Source: a virus
Reading direction: 5' to 3' (one strand)
DNA: 64,000 bases
IMG/VR virus record: IMGVR_UViG_3300045988_142718
Part shown: piece after piece, positions 53,146 through 62,380 of the stretch
Numbering within the stretch: the first letter of the stretch is position 1
How the letters are laid out: each line of letters opens with the position of its first letter
Position numbers and translations under genes: made by a program
Notes under the pieces: model-generated
Told to the model about the DNA's origin: nothing
The model's input: the letters and a program-made list of their open reading frames with translations, nothing else
The model's database searches: none

Positions 53146-54642
53146 ATGGTATTACAATCAATTGGGAATTGGTGGTTAAACTTAATTGGTGTTCGGAGGG
53201 ATGATTCGAATGCCTATAAGGATAAACCAAAGTCTGACCCCAATCCAAGAACCACAGCCCCTATCCCACCAGGTAGGGTTTCTGTGTCTAATGATACTAC
53301 TGATATGTTATCTGTATTAAAGGGAGAAGCTGACTTTGTTACTCCTTCTTTTCGTACAGAAATCATCCCACTTATCAGAAGTCTTTATAAGGTTAACCCG
53401 GATGTAGGTATAGCTGTTCAGGATATGTTTAAGTTGGGAAATACGAAACATTTTATCGAATTCCCACATAATACTCCGGAAGAAGCTTTAAAAATGAGGA
53501 AGCATCTCCAGGATGTTTCTAAAACCTGGTCTAATTATACAGCAGGTATCTTTGGCTTAGTAAACAAGATGTTTGTTCAAATGCTTGTTTCTGGTGCCAT
53601 GAGTATGGAAGCAGTACCAAAAAAAGACCTATCTGGGATTGAAAGCATTATCTTCATTAAACCAGAGGACATTGTATTCCAAAGAGATCAAAATGGTAAA
53701 TATCGACCCTACCAATTGAACAAAACTTGGAATCATGGTAAATCAGAAAGGTTAATTGAACTTAACCTAAATACCTACATCTACCTTTCAATGTTCAATG
53801 ATACTGATGAACCTTATGGGATTCCAACTTTCATGGCTGCATTGGATTCATTAAAGACCCAATCAGATATGAAAATTAATACCAAGCATATTATGGAATT
53901 GGTTGGTATGATGGGATTCTTAGAAGCCAAAATGGCAAAGCCAGATATATTACCAAATGAAAATCCTAAAGCCTACGAAGCCAGATTAAATCGAATGCTT
54001 CGGGAGTTAAAGGTTAACACAAGGGAAGGATTAAAAGATGGTACTGTAGCTGGCTTTATCGATGATCATGAATTCAAGTTAAATTCCACTACCAAGGATA
54101 TGGGTAACTTGGATAAACCCTGGAATATGAATCAACAATCAGTGGCTAATGGTTTGGGTATTTCTGGTTCTCTTATCGGGGTATCCAATGACAACAAAAC
54201 AGAGGGTGGAACAAGTATCATGTTCTCCAAAATGATCTCTCAGCTTGCGAATTTACAGGAATTTGCAGTTTATGCTCTTGAATTTATCTATTCACTAGAA
54301 TTGAGATTAGCTGGACTCCCGAATAAAGGATGTAAGGTTAGATTCTTTACTTCTACGATTAATGATGAAGTCAAAATTCAACAGGGTAAAGAGTATAAGA
54401 TTCGTAATCTTAATTCTCTATATGCAGCTGGTATCATTAGCCAAGATCAATATGCCTTCGAAATGGGTTATGAAAAGCCCAATGAAAAGGAACCCAGAGT
54501 TCCATTAAACAAATTAGAAGATGGTGATGATGGGGCTAAAAAACAGAAAAGGGAAGCTGACAAGGATAAATCCGATAGATCACAAAGGGATAAGTCCAAA
54601 ACAGTTCCTAAACGAAAAGATGGTGACACTAAAGAAAGGTAA
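53146..54642 (+). CDS. Portal protein
   Basis: 498 aa, immediately downstream of terL and upstream of the protease/scaffold gene. Charged C-terminal tail. Called by position and size. Confidence 0.55.
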   Translation: MVLQSIGNWWLNLIGVRRDDSNAYKDKPKSDPNPRTTAPIPPGRVSVSNDTTDMLSVLKGEADFVTPSFRTEIIPLIRSLYKVNPDVGIAVQDMFKLGNTKHFIEFPHNTPEEALKMRKHLQDVSKTWSNYTAGIFGLVNKMFVQMLVSGAMSMEAVPKKDLSGIESIIFIKPEDIVFQRDQNGKYRPYQLNKTWNHGKSERLIELNLNTYIYLSMFNDTDEPYGIPTFMAALDSLKTQSDMKINTKHIMELVGMMGFLEAKMAKPDILPNENPKAYEARLNRMLRELKVNTREGLKDGTVAGFIDDHEFKLNSTTKDMGNLDKPWNMNQQSVANGLGISGSLIGVSNDNKTEGGTSIMFSKMISQLANLQEFAVYALEFIYSLELRLAGLPNKGCKVRFFTSTINDEVKIQQGKEYKIRNLNSLYAAGIISQDQYAFEMGYEKPNEKEPRVPLNKLEDGDDGAKKQKREADKDKSDRSQRDKSKTVPKRKDGDTKER

Positions 54643-54647
54643 ACATT

Positions 54648-56147
54648 ATGGGACAATTTAAAAAAGGGAAACAGGATACCATAGTAATTGGAGAAGGCCA
54701 TTCTCTAATGCTTGGGCATATGCCAAACTCGATTCCTTCAGATGCCTATTCAGAATTAAACTTTGGCTTAAACAAGTCAGGGATAGAGAGTTATGGTTTT
54801 TGGAATAATTCCATTAATTATAACACATTTTATCCGGGAGTAACCCAAGAGGAATTTATGCCTAAGGATACTGATTTCATTGAACCAGTTTATCGATTGC
54901 TTTCCGAGGTAATTGTAAACAAAGAATGGAACCCAGTAGACTTCAGTCGTAATGGAGCATTAAAAGCTTCATTAAAAATGTTGGTAGGGCAAACAGTTAA
55001 CTGTGATCATTCAACTGATGTAGCAAATGCAATCGGTAGTGTAAAACAAACCTTCTGGCAAGAATCATTTAAACAGGATGGCATCGTAATCCCTGCGGGA
55101 ATTAACGGAGTATTAAAAATTGATGCTAAGGCAAATCCCAGACTTGCTAGAGGAATATTAATGGACCCACCAAGCATTCATTCCAATTCAGTATCTGTAA
55201 GATTCATTTGGGATAAATCACATCCGAACTTGGATGAAGATGAATTCTGGAATAAATTGGGTACATATGATGAAAAGGGTAATCTGATTTGTAGAGTAGT
55301 AAAGGAAATCGTATCCTATTACGAAACTTCTCTGGTATCTCACGGAGCTGACCCATTTGCCCAGAAAATCGATGAAAATGGGAATATCAATGATCCGAAA
55401 TTTGCTTCGAAACAAAGTTACTCGGCAAACAGAGGTAATGATATCGAATATTATTTCATGGATTATAAAAAACTCATAGATACTGAGAGTATTAACAATA
55501 CTACGGTATTTAATATGAAATCTGATAATTCATCCGATCATTCAAACAACAAAAATTCTATCAATATGAAAGAAAAGGAATTGCTTGCCCTCTTAGTAGG
55601 TACAGGGATGTTAACACTTGCCGAGGGCAAGGAAGTTAACCTTGACAACGTTAAAGAGGCAGTTACTTCATTGGTAGCTTTGAAAAATTCTTTAGAAACT
55701 CAGGTAGAGGAATTGAATAATTCCAAAACTGGTTTGGAATCCAAGGTTACTGAGTTAACTGCTAAGGTAACTGAATTGGAAAATGCAGCTCAGGTTAACA
55801 AAGTAATGGCAGAACTGGGAGCCAATTATTTGAAGAGCTTGCAGGAAAGCACAGTAGAAACTTACAAAAAGATCTATGGTGAAAAGGCTGATGAAGCAAT
55901 TGTAACCTTGATCACAGGAACCTCCGATGTTGCTCAGCTAACTGCATTAAAGAAAACTTATGATGCAGAACTGGAAAAACAGTTCCCTTTAACTTGTTCT
56001 GCATGTGGTTCTCACGATGTAACTAGAGCTTCTTCTCAGGCTGAGGATGAAGAAGGTACTACCTCTACAGACAAACCCAAATCTCTTCAGGACATTGCTC
56101 GCAACATAGCAAGCAACAAAAACAAAGGGTCAATCATTTTTAAATAA
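54648..56147 (+). CDS. Prohead protease (HK97/S78-like) fused to a coiled-coil scaffold domain
   Basis: ETSLVSHGADPFA resembles the E-x-S-L-V..PA motif of HK97-type proteases. C-terminal heptad region LETQVEELNNSKTGLESKVTELTAKVTELENA. Confidence 0.45.
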   Translation: MGQFKKGKQDTIVIGEGHSLMLGHMPNSIPSDAYSELNFGLNKSGIESYGFWNNSINYNTFYPGVTQEEFMPKDTDFIEPVYRLLSEVIVNKEWNPVDFSRNGALKASLKMLVGQTVNCDHSTDVANAIGSVKQTFWQESFKQDGIVIPAGINGVLKIDAKANPRLARGILMDPPSIHSNSVSVRFIWDKSHPNLDEDEFWNKLGTYDEKGNLICRVVKEIVSYYETSLVSHGADPFAQKIDENGNINDPKFASKQSYSANRGNDIEYYFMDYKKLIDTESINNTTVFNMKSDNSSDHSNNKNSINMKEKELLALLVGTGMLTLAEGKEVNLDNVKEAVTSLVALKNSLETQVEELNNSKTGLESKVTELTAKVTELENAAQVNKVMAELGANYLKSLQESTVETYKKIYGEKADEAIVTLITGTSDVAQLTALKKTYDAELEKQFPLTCSACGSHDVTRASSQAEDEEGTTSTDKPKSLQDIARNIASNKNKGSIIFK

Positions 56148-56166
56148 TCTCTAAAAGTCAATCAAT

Positions 56167-56640
56167 ATGGCAGACTTCACTAAATTCGGAGGAACTACTC
56201 CTCGAGTGGTGATTTACAAAAGTGAATCCCACAAATTACATCAGGCATTCCCTGTTAAAGCTTCCGCAAATATTTATGCTGGAAACCCGGTAGCAATTAC
56301 CGCTGATGGTACAATTGAATTGTTGACAAAGGGTAACGAAGCTAACTACTTGGGAATCGCAGTTACCGATAACATTAACCCAGCTTACAAAGAATCAGCA
56401 AATGCAGGTCGTATGGAAGTAACAGTTGCTGTTCAGGGTTTCATGATTATCAATGCAATCTCAGAAGCCAAGTTAGATGCGGGTCCAGTAGAAATTGGTA
56501 CTGGCATGGATGCTAACCATTTCACTAAGTTCAAAACTTTCCCTCAGGCTGATGCTGCTGCAGCAACTTGTCCCGTGAATTTTATCTCCCTGACAAAAGC
56601 TTCAGCAAAAGATGAGCTGATTCAGGTATTATGTAAATAA
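56167..56640 (+). CDS. Head decoration/cement protein (DUF2190-like)
   Basis: AGNPVAITADGTIELL...YLGIAVTD...VAVQGFMIINA...AGPVEIG pattern. Lies between the protease and capsid genes. Confidence 0.4.
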   Translation: MADFTKFGGTTPRVVIYKSESHKLHQAFPVKASANIYAGNPVAITADGTIELLTKGNEANYLGIAVTDNINPAYKESANAGRMEVTVAVQGFMIINAISEAKLDAGPVEIGTGMDANHFTKFKTFPQADAAAATCPVNFISLTKASAKDELIQVLCK

Positions 56641-56658
56641 CAAAAAGAACAGAAAGAT

Positions 56659-57771
56659 ATGTCTGAAACAAAGAAGAATTTAACAAAAGAAAACTTGCTC
56701 AAGGAATTGCCCGAAATGGGAAAAAACCTTGATGCAATCAGAAAAGGTACGAATACCGAATTATCTGCCGATATCTCAATGGCAGAAGTAGTAAACGAAC
56801 GATATGGGATTTCAATGGATCAGTATCTCTCCACTTTGGGTATCGATACAAGAAAAGATACATTGCAGAACCTTTTCACAATGCCAGATCAGTCAGTTCG
56901 TTGGGTAGTCCCAGAAATCATCCGTGCTGCTATCATATTGGGTCTTCGTCAGGCTCCATTCTATCCGAACATCATTGCTGGTGATCAACCGGTAAATGGT
57001 TTGCAGGTAACTATGCCGTACATCAACATGTCTGATGCTGCTCCTGCAAGAGTAAACGAAGCTGAAACAATTCCGTTGGGAACAATCTCTTACGGACAGA
57101 AACAAGTTTCTATCTTCAAAATCGGTAAGGGTATCAAAATTACTGATGAAGTTAAAAACTACGTTTCTCTGGATGTGATGGGAATTTTCCTTCGTGACTT
57201 TGGTATTCAGTTGGGGTATGCAATGGATAACCTTGCAATCGACACTGGTATCAATGGAGATAAAATCGATGGTTCCGAATCCGCTCCAGTTATTGGCGTA
57301 GGTACAATTGAAGGTATTCAATATCGGGATTTGCTTCGTATCTGGATTCGTGGTTCTCGTATGGGCCGTAACTTCACATCAATGATTGGAGGAGAAGACG
57401 AAGCATTGAATATCCTTGATTTGCCCGAATTCAAGGTAAGATCAAATGGTACTACAGAAGCTACTCTGAATCTCCATACTCCGGTACCTAACCGTGCAGA
57501 CTTCTGGATTCATGGTGGTATCCCTGCAAAGCAGTTGATGCTTATCGATAAAGCTGCTGGTATGATTAAGCTTACTGCTCAGCCTCTGATGTTGGAATCC
57601 GAAAGAATCGTTTCCAATCAGACTGAAGCTATGTATGCTTCTCTTACTACTGGCTTCTCAAAAATGTACAGAGATGCAATCGTTATGTTGGATTCCAGCA
57701 AGGTATTCTCTTCCAATGGATTCCCAGAATATATGAACCTGGATCCTCTGATGTCAGTAAATCTGGAGTAA
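56659..57771 (+). CDS. Major capsid protein (HK97-fold expected)
   Basis: 370 aa. Position after protease/decoration genes. G/C-richer, expression-type codons. Strong downstream hairpin. Confidence 0.6.
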   Translation: MSETKKNLTKENLLKELPEMGKNLDAIRKGTNTELSADISMAEVVNERYGISMDQYLSTLGIDTRKDTLQNLFTMPDQSVRWVVPEIIRAAIILGLRQAPFYPNIIAGDQPVNGLQVTMPYINMSDAAPARVNEAETIPLGTISYGQKQVSIFKIGKGIKITDEVKNYVSLDVMGIFLRDFGIQLGYAMDNLAIDTGINGDKIDGSESAPVIGVGTIEGIQYRDLLRIWIRGSRMGRNFTSMIGGEDEALNILDLPEFKVRSNGTTEATLNLHTPVPNRADFWIHGGIPAKQLMLIDKAAGMIKLTAQPLMLESERIVSNQTEAMYASLTTGFSKMYRDAIVMLDSSKVFSSNGFPEYMNLDPLMSVNLE

Positions 57772-57801
57772 TTTCCTTTTTCTTCGGTCTTTTTCTATCT
57801 C

Positions 57802-57836
57802 ATCCCAGCTCATACATTTTCATGGGCTGGGATTTA
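57802..57836 (+). terminator. Hairpin terminator after the capsid gene
   Basis: ATCCCAGC / GCTGGGAT stem followed by TTTAT. Confidence 0.55.
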
Positions 57837-57868
57837 TCACATAACAACATATAAAAATAATTTAAGAT

Positions 57869-58291
57869 ATGAAGTATTTGAAATTAGGTGATAACGCAAC
57901 CTCATTCTATGATATGGGGACTGGCCTTAAAATTTCCGGTAAAGATGTAGTTGCTGTAAACGAAGCCTACATTAATCAAGGTAAAAGAACAAGAAGAGCT
58001 CTTCAGGGTGGTCATTTGATTTATGCAACCAAAGAAGAGTATGAAGAAGCTAACGGTGTAAAGGCAGAATCCGAAAACAACACCGTAGAAAGCCTTTCGA
58101 AGAAATTCTATAATCTCTACCAGTCTGGGAAATCAACAAAGGAATTAGCTGATGCTTTCAATAAGGCTCAGTTGGTGAAGATTGCTGAAGCTGCGGAATT
58201 GGAAGTAGAAGAAGCAGATACAAAATCCAGTTTGGTAGAAGCCATCATCGAACAGATCGAATCCACCGATGAGGAAACTGATGAAGAGTAA
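57869..58291 (+). CDS. Small structural-module protein with a Rho_N/HeH-like helix pair and acidic tail
   Basis: KELADAFNKAQLVKIAEAAELEVEEADTKSSLVEAIIEQI. Confidence 0.4.
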   Translation: MKYLKLGDNATSFYDMGTGLKISGKDVVAVNEAYINQGKRTRRALQGGHLIYATKEEYEEANGVKAESENNTVESLSKKFYNLYQSGKSTKELADAFNKAQLVKIAEAAELEVEEADTKSSLVEAIIEQIESTDEETDEE

Positions 58292-58354
58292 ACCCCTCTC
58301 AACATACTCAATATAAATTCATAATGGGGCGAATGCCCTAAAAGTCCTAAAAAT

Positions 58355-59251
58355 ATGGTAACAAATTTTTCATTCCAAAAAAACGGGTTATCAGTATCTT
58401 TTAGAGACCTTTCAACCGGAGTCCCAGATGGTAGTACATATCACTGGGACTTTGGCGATTTTAAAGGGTCCGAAGAGAGAAATATTACCCATGAATATGA
58501 AAGCTCTGGGTTTTACATAGTGACCCTTAAAATCACAGCTCCTGCAGTTGGGGAAGAAGAACCTCAAGTAGGTGAAAAACAATTAAGGTTAGGAATCAGT
58601 GATATGTCCAAAACACAACTCTCAGATTCAATATATAACCTTATCAATTCCTATATCCCAGAAAGTTTACTTCCTTACCTTTCGGATATCGACAAACAAG
58701 CCTACATCGAAAAATGGCAATTATATATCCAACCTCTTGTTTGTCGACCCTGTGGAAAAGAAATCCCATTAGAAGAATATAACAATGAGCTTGCTTATGA
58801 AGCTCTAGAAAACCAATTGATAATGGAGTTATCCGCTTATGATTTCCTTACAGTGGGGATCATTAATATGATGAGATCAGCTACGGATATAATCCAAAAC
58901 GAAACAAACAGCTCAACACAAAAACCTGGAGAAGGTGAAGGTGGAGAAGCTAATGCAAACCAAAGAGTAAAGGCAATCACAACAGGCCCAACAGAAGTTC
59001 AATTCTACGAAGGATTATCTGGAGACTCAGCTTCATCTTTGGCTAAAACAATTACAGGAGCATTACAACCGGGTGGAGTAATTGATACATTAAAGGCTAA
59101 TCTATGTATGCTTGCGGGAAGGCTATGTATTTATCTCCCAATCTGTAATCAACCTAGAACAGTTAAAGTTCCTAAGGTTGTTAATCGAAGAAAACCAGGA
59201 CCAATCGGAGGTCCCAATCCAATCAGTATATTAAATCCTTCAAACATTTAA
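58355..59251 (+). CDS. PKD-domain structural protein
   Basis: FSFQKNGLSVSFRDLSTGVPDGSTYHWDFGDFKGSEERNITHEYESSGFYIVTLKIT is a canonical PKD pattern. Confidence 0.6.
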   Translation: MVTNFSFQKNGLSVSFRDLSTGVPDGSTYHWDFGDFKGSEERNITHEYESSGFYIVTLKITAPAVGEEEPQVGEKQLRLGISDMSKTQLSDSIYNLINSYIPESLLPYLSDIDKQAYIEKWQLYIQPLVCRPCGKEIPLEEYNNELAYEALENQLIMELSAYDFLTVGIINMMRSATDIIQNETNSSTQKPGEGEGGEANANQRVKAITTGPTEVQFYEGLSGDSASSLAKTITGALQPGGVIDTLKANLCMLAGRLCIYLPICNQPRTVKVPKVVNRRKPGPIGGPNPISILNPSNI

Positions 59252-59255
59252 AGCT

Positions 59256-61229
59256 ATGAGTGTATTTATTGGATATCCCAGTTTCATGGCATATCAAATG
59301 ATGAAAGGTAAAAAAGGTAATAATGATGGCTTTCCATCTATTCCCGGTAGGATTGCAAGATATTCCGCTTCCGGTCTTACTAATGAGCAGATGAAAGAAA
59401 ATCCTGTGTGGGTAGATAAGACAGGTAATGGACATGACTTGCAAATGAAGAACTTCCTTTGGGGTGGGATGTCCGGGGTTGGCGGTTATGGCGATGAAAA
59501 TTACCAAACATTCTACAAATTCACATTAGACGATTATGTCTTTATAGCTAGTCCACCTGGTGTTAAGCACATGAATTTTACGTTTAGGGTAACGGGGTTA
59601 CAGCCTAGAAATAAATTAACATTAGCTTTTTTTGGAACAACGAATACTGTCTACGGTACATGGGACAAAGATGGCATATATACTGTTGATGCTGATATTG
59701 TTGAGGCAGGGAAACCAACATACTTTTATAACGGATATAGCGCAACCAGAGGAGAGTTTACGATTGAAATTCTTCCCCTCTACCCTGGTTTTATCCTCAG
59801 TGACGGAGTAGACGACTTTGCGGTTACAGAGAAGGAGCTTAACTTCGAGGATACTTACACGGTGTACACGGCGTTTATTCCGTTCCAGGATGATCCGGTA
59901 AGAACTATGGCTTTGTGCGGTAAAGACAGGTTGAAAGATTTTTATATGTATTATTCCAGTTTGGATAGTATAGGATTTTTTTCTGTTGATAAGTCAGTGT
60001 CGACATTACTAAGCAATGGATTTAACTTGATGGTTTGCAAAAAGACATCAGACAAGATGCTTATTAAAAATCTAATCACGGGGCAAGTAGCAGAAGTATC
60101 AGTAGATGATTTAATCTATAATCCCGGATTATATTATTTATGGAGAAGTGCTACTATTGCGAATTATTCTAAAACCGCTATCGCCGGTCAAATCATCGAC
60201 AATGGACATTTCACTACAGACGAAGAAGATGAAAAGGTTCTGAACTGGCACAAGAAGCAATACTCCTGGCTATTCCCCGACCAAGCATGGACAGTAACCG
60301 GCAAAACCAACGAAGGTACCGACAGGGCTACCATAGCTAACATAACGGGCAATGGTAATAACCTTGTATTGAGAAACTTTGGATTTGCAGAGAATAGTGG
60401 GTATGGGTCGTACGTTTGCAATTTTAATGATACTTCTACTTGGATTTACTATACCTATAACGGTACAATTGAAATAACAAGTTCTACCATTCATGTAACC
60501 GAAGCAAAAACTGCCAGACCTTTTCTCGAAAAGAATGCATCTAGTGGTGGGTATAATAAAGTGAAAATTAAAGTTACTGGCATAAAAGATGGGGAAATTT
60601 TAAAGTTTATGTCTGATGAAGACAGAGATAATACAATTAATATTGAAAAAGATGGTATTTATTCTTTACCCGGAAGTGATAAACTGTATTACGGTTTTAG
60701 ATTATCTAATTCTACTAATACTTATCCTTTTAATTGTGACATTACTATAGAACAAATCCCCGACTACGAAGGCTACCTGGTGACGGACGGGGTGGATGAT
60801 AAGATAGTCAGTGCTAAACCAATCACATTCGCAGAGAAGTGGACTGTTGTAACCGATACTATATTCCTTGGAGCAAAAGTTGTATCTGCCGGAATTTTAG
60901 TCCAAAAAATATTTTCTATAAATGATTGTCTGGAATATGGAAGAGTTGAAGTCAATGTGTGGAATGGTGCACAATCAAAGATACCAACATCGTCTATTAA
61001 AGCAATATCTTCGGACGGTAAAATCTATGATGCAGATTGGAATGAATATCAGGCAGAACCTGGCACGATTGAAATATCTAATGGTTATTTGGTTATTGCT
61101 ACATCACATTCCCAGATCCAATACTGTCAAATAGCGTTCAAGAATCTCGGAATTTATAACAATCAAATCCTTACCAAAGAGGATTGCATCAAGGCTTATA
61201 ACTACTTACAAACATTAAAAGCAAAGTAA
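59256..61229 (+). CDS. Structural protein with two LamG/concanavalin-A-like lectin modules (receptor-binding candidate)
   Basis: Internal duplication: DKTGNGHDLQMKNF...GFILSDGVDDFAVT versus NITGNGNNLVLRNF...GYLVTDGVDDKIVS. Confidence 0.45.
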   Translation: MSVFIGYPSFMAYQMMKGKKGNNDGFPSIPGRIARYSASGLTNEQMKENPVWVDKTGNGHDLQMKNFLWGGMSGVGGYGDENYQTFYKFTLDDYVFIASPPGVKHMNFTFRVTGLQPRNKLTLAFFGTTNTVYGTWDKDGIYTVDADIVEAGKPTYFYNGYSATRGEFTIEILPLYPGFILSDGVDDFAVTEKELNFEDTYTVYTAFIPFQDDPVRTMALCGKDRLKDFYMYYSSLDSIGFFSVDKSVSTLLSNGFNLMVCKKTSDKMLIKNLITGQVAEVSVDDLIYNPGLYYLWRSATIANYSKTAIAGQIIDNGHFTTDEEDEKVLNWHKKQYSWLFPDQAWTVTGKTNEGTDRATIANITGNGNNLVLRNFGFAENSGYGSYVCNFNDTSTWIYYTYNGTIEITSSTIHVTEAKTARPFLEKNASSGGYNKVKIKVTGIKDGEILKFMSDEDRDNTINIEKDGIYSLPGSDKLYYGFRLSNSTNTYPFNCDITIEQIPDYEGYLVTDGVDDKIVSAKPITFAEKWTVVTDTIFLGAKVVSAGILVQKIFSINDCLEYGRVEVNVWNGAQSKIPTSSIKAISSDGKIYDADWNEYQAEPGTIEISNGYLVIATSHSQIQYCQIAFKNLGIYNNQILTKEDCIKAYNYLQTLKAK

Positions 61230-61249
61230 CAAATTAAAATAAATAGAAT

Positions 61250-61906
61250 ATGAAATACGCAATTGTAGACATCGTGTGGTGCAAGTCCCACGGGATAGAA
61301 GTCCTACCGGAAATGAGGACAAGTACGGATCAAAGCAAGGTAATCTTGCATGAGGAATACCTTGCACCCTTCGATGATGAAGATTTTCCTCGCTATAGTT
61401 TTAGCGATCCGTCTTTTGTCGAACTACTGAATAGTGAAGAATGGACTTATCCAGAAGGAGAACAACCCGTAATCAATAGGCAGTTCAGCAGATTATTGGC
61501 TTTGGACGAACTGGATAAAGAAGCTACAGAAGAGATAAATACATATGACCTTTCCCCGTCGGAAGCCTTACAGGTCAAAGATCGATACCCCGAATGGGAA
61601 ACCGGAATTGATGTCGTTAAAGGGCACAAATACCAATATGGTGAGGAGCTTTGGGAAGTATTGCAAGGTCACAAAACACAGGAAAATTGGAAACCCTCTT
61701 TGGAAACAGCCTCCCTTTGGAAACGGGTTGATGAAGAACATGCAGGGACAAAGGATGATCCTATTCCTTATGCACCCCCAATGGAAATATTCAAGGATAA
61801 GTATTATACCCAATCCAAGGTATTATATAAATGTATAAGAGACAGTGGTCAACCATTATCTCATAATCTGTCTGATTTAGTAGGAAACTACGTAGAGAAA
61901 GCTTAA
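61250..61906 (+). CDS. Structural-module protein with a CBM5/12-like aromatic motif
   Basis: YPEWETGIDVVKGHKYQYGEELWEVLQGHKTQENWKPSLETASLWKRV. Confidence 0.35.
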   Translation: MKYAIVDIVWCKSHGIEVLPEMRTSTDQSKVILHEEYLAPFDDEDFPRYSFSDPSFVELLNSEEWTYPEGEQPVINRQFSRLLALDELDKEATEEINTYDLSPSEALQVKDRYPEWETGIDVVKGHKYQYGEELWEVLQGHKTQENWKPSLETASLWKRVDEEHAGTKDDPIPYAPPMEIFKDKYYTQSKVLYKCIRDSGQPLSHNLSDLVGNYVEKA

Positions 61907-61915
61907 TACCAATCT

Positions 61916-62380
61916 ATGGCATTCTTAGTTAACGATTCGATATGGAAAAAATATAAGCATATCGTACAAAACTTCATTGACCAAGATGCAGGGTTACAAG
62001 AAGTGATTTGGTTAAAACATATCCAATATCCTTTACCATTTGGTGAAGATGATGATGAAAATAATTATGAAAGAATCCCTCTCCAAGCTCTAATCAATTA
62101 CAATGCTTTCAGAACATGGCCTTTAAATGTAGGTACACCTTCTGGTGAATTGGATGAGATTAACTGTGCTATGTTAGTCTCACAAAAACAGCTTGTAGAA
62201 AAAGGGCTCACCAATAATAAGGGATATTGGACATTTGATGCTGCATTAGATAGATTCATCATTAATGGTGAATTATACATCTCAAAAGGTGATACTCAAG
62301 TAGCCCAGGCAAAAGATGAACCTATAGTATTTCAAGTATTACTCAGAAGACAAGAAGATGGCACAGATACAACGAATTAA
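61916..62380 (+). CDS. Hypothetical structural-module protein
   Basis: 154-aa ORF. Confidence 0.5.
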   Translation: MAFLVNDSIWKKYKHIVQNFIDQDAGLQEVIWLKHIQYPLPFGEDDDENNYERIPLQALINYNAFRTWPLNVGTPSGELDEINCAMLVSQKQLVEKGLTNNKGYWTFDAALDRFIINGELYISKGDTQVAQAKDEPIVFQVLLRRQEDGTDTTN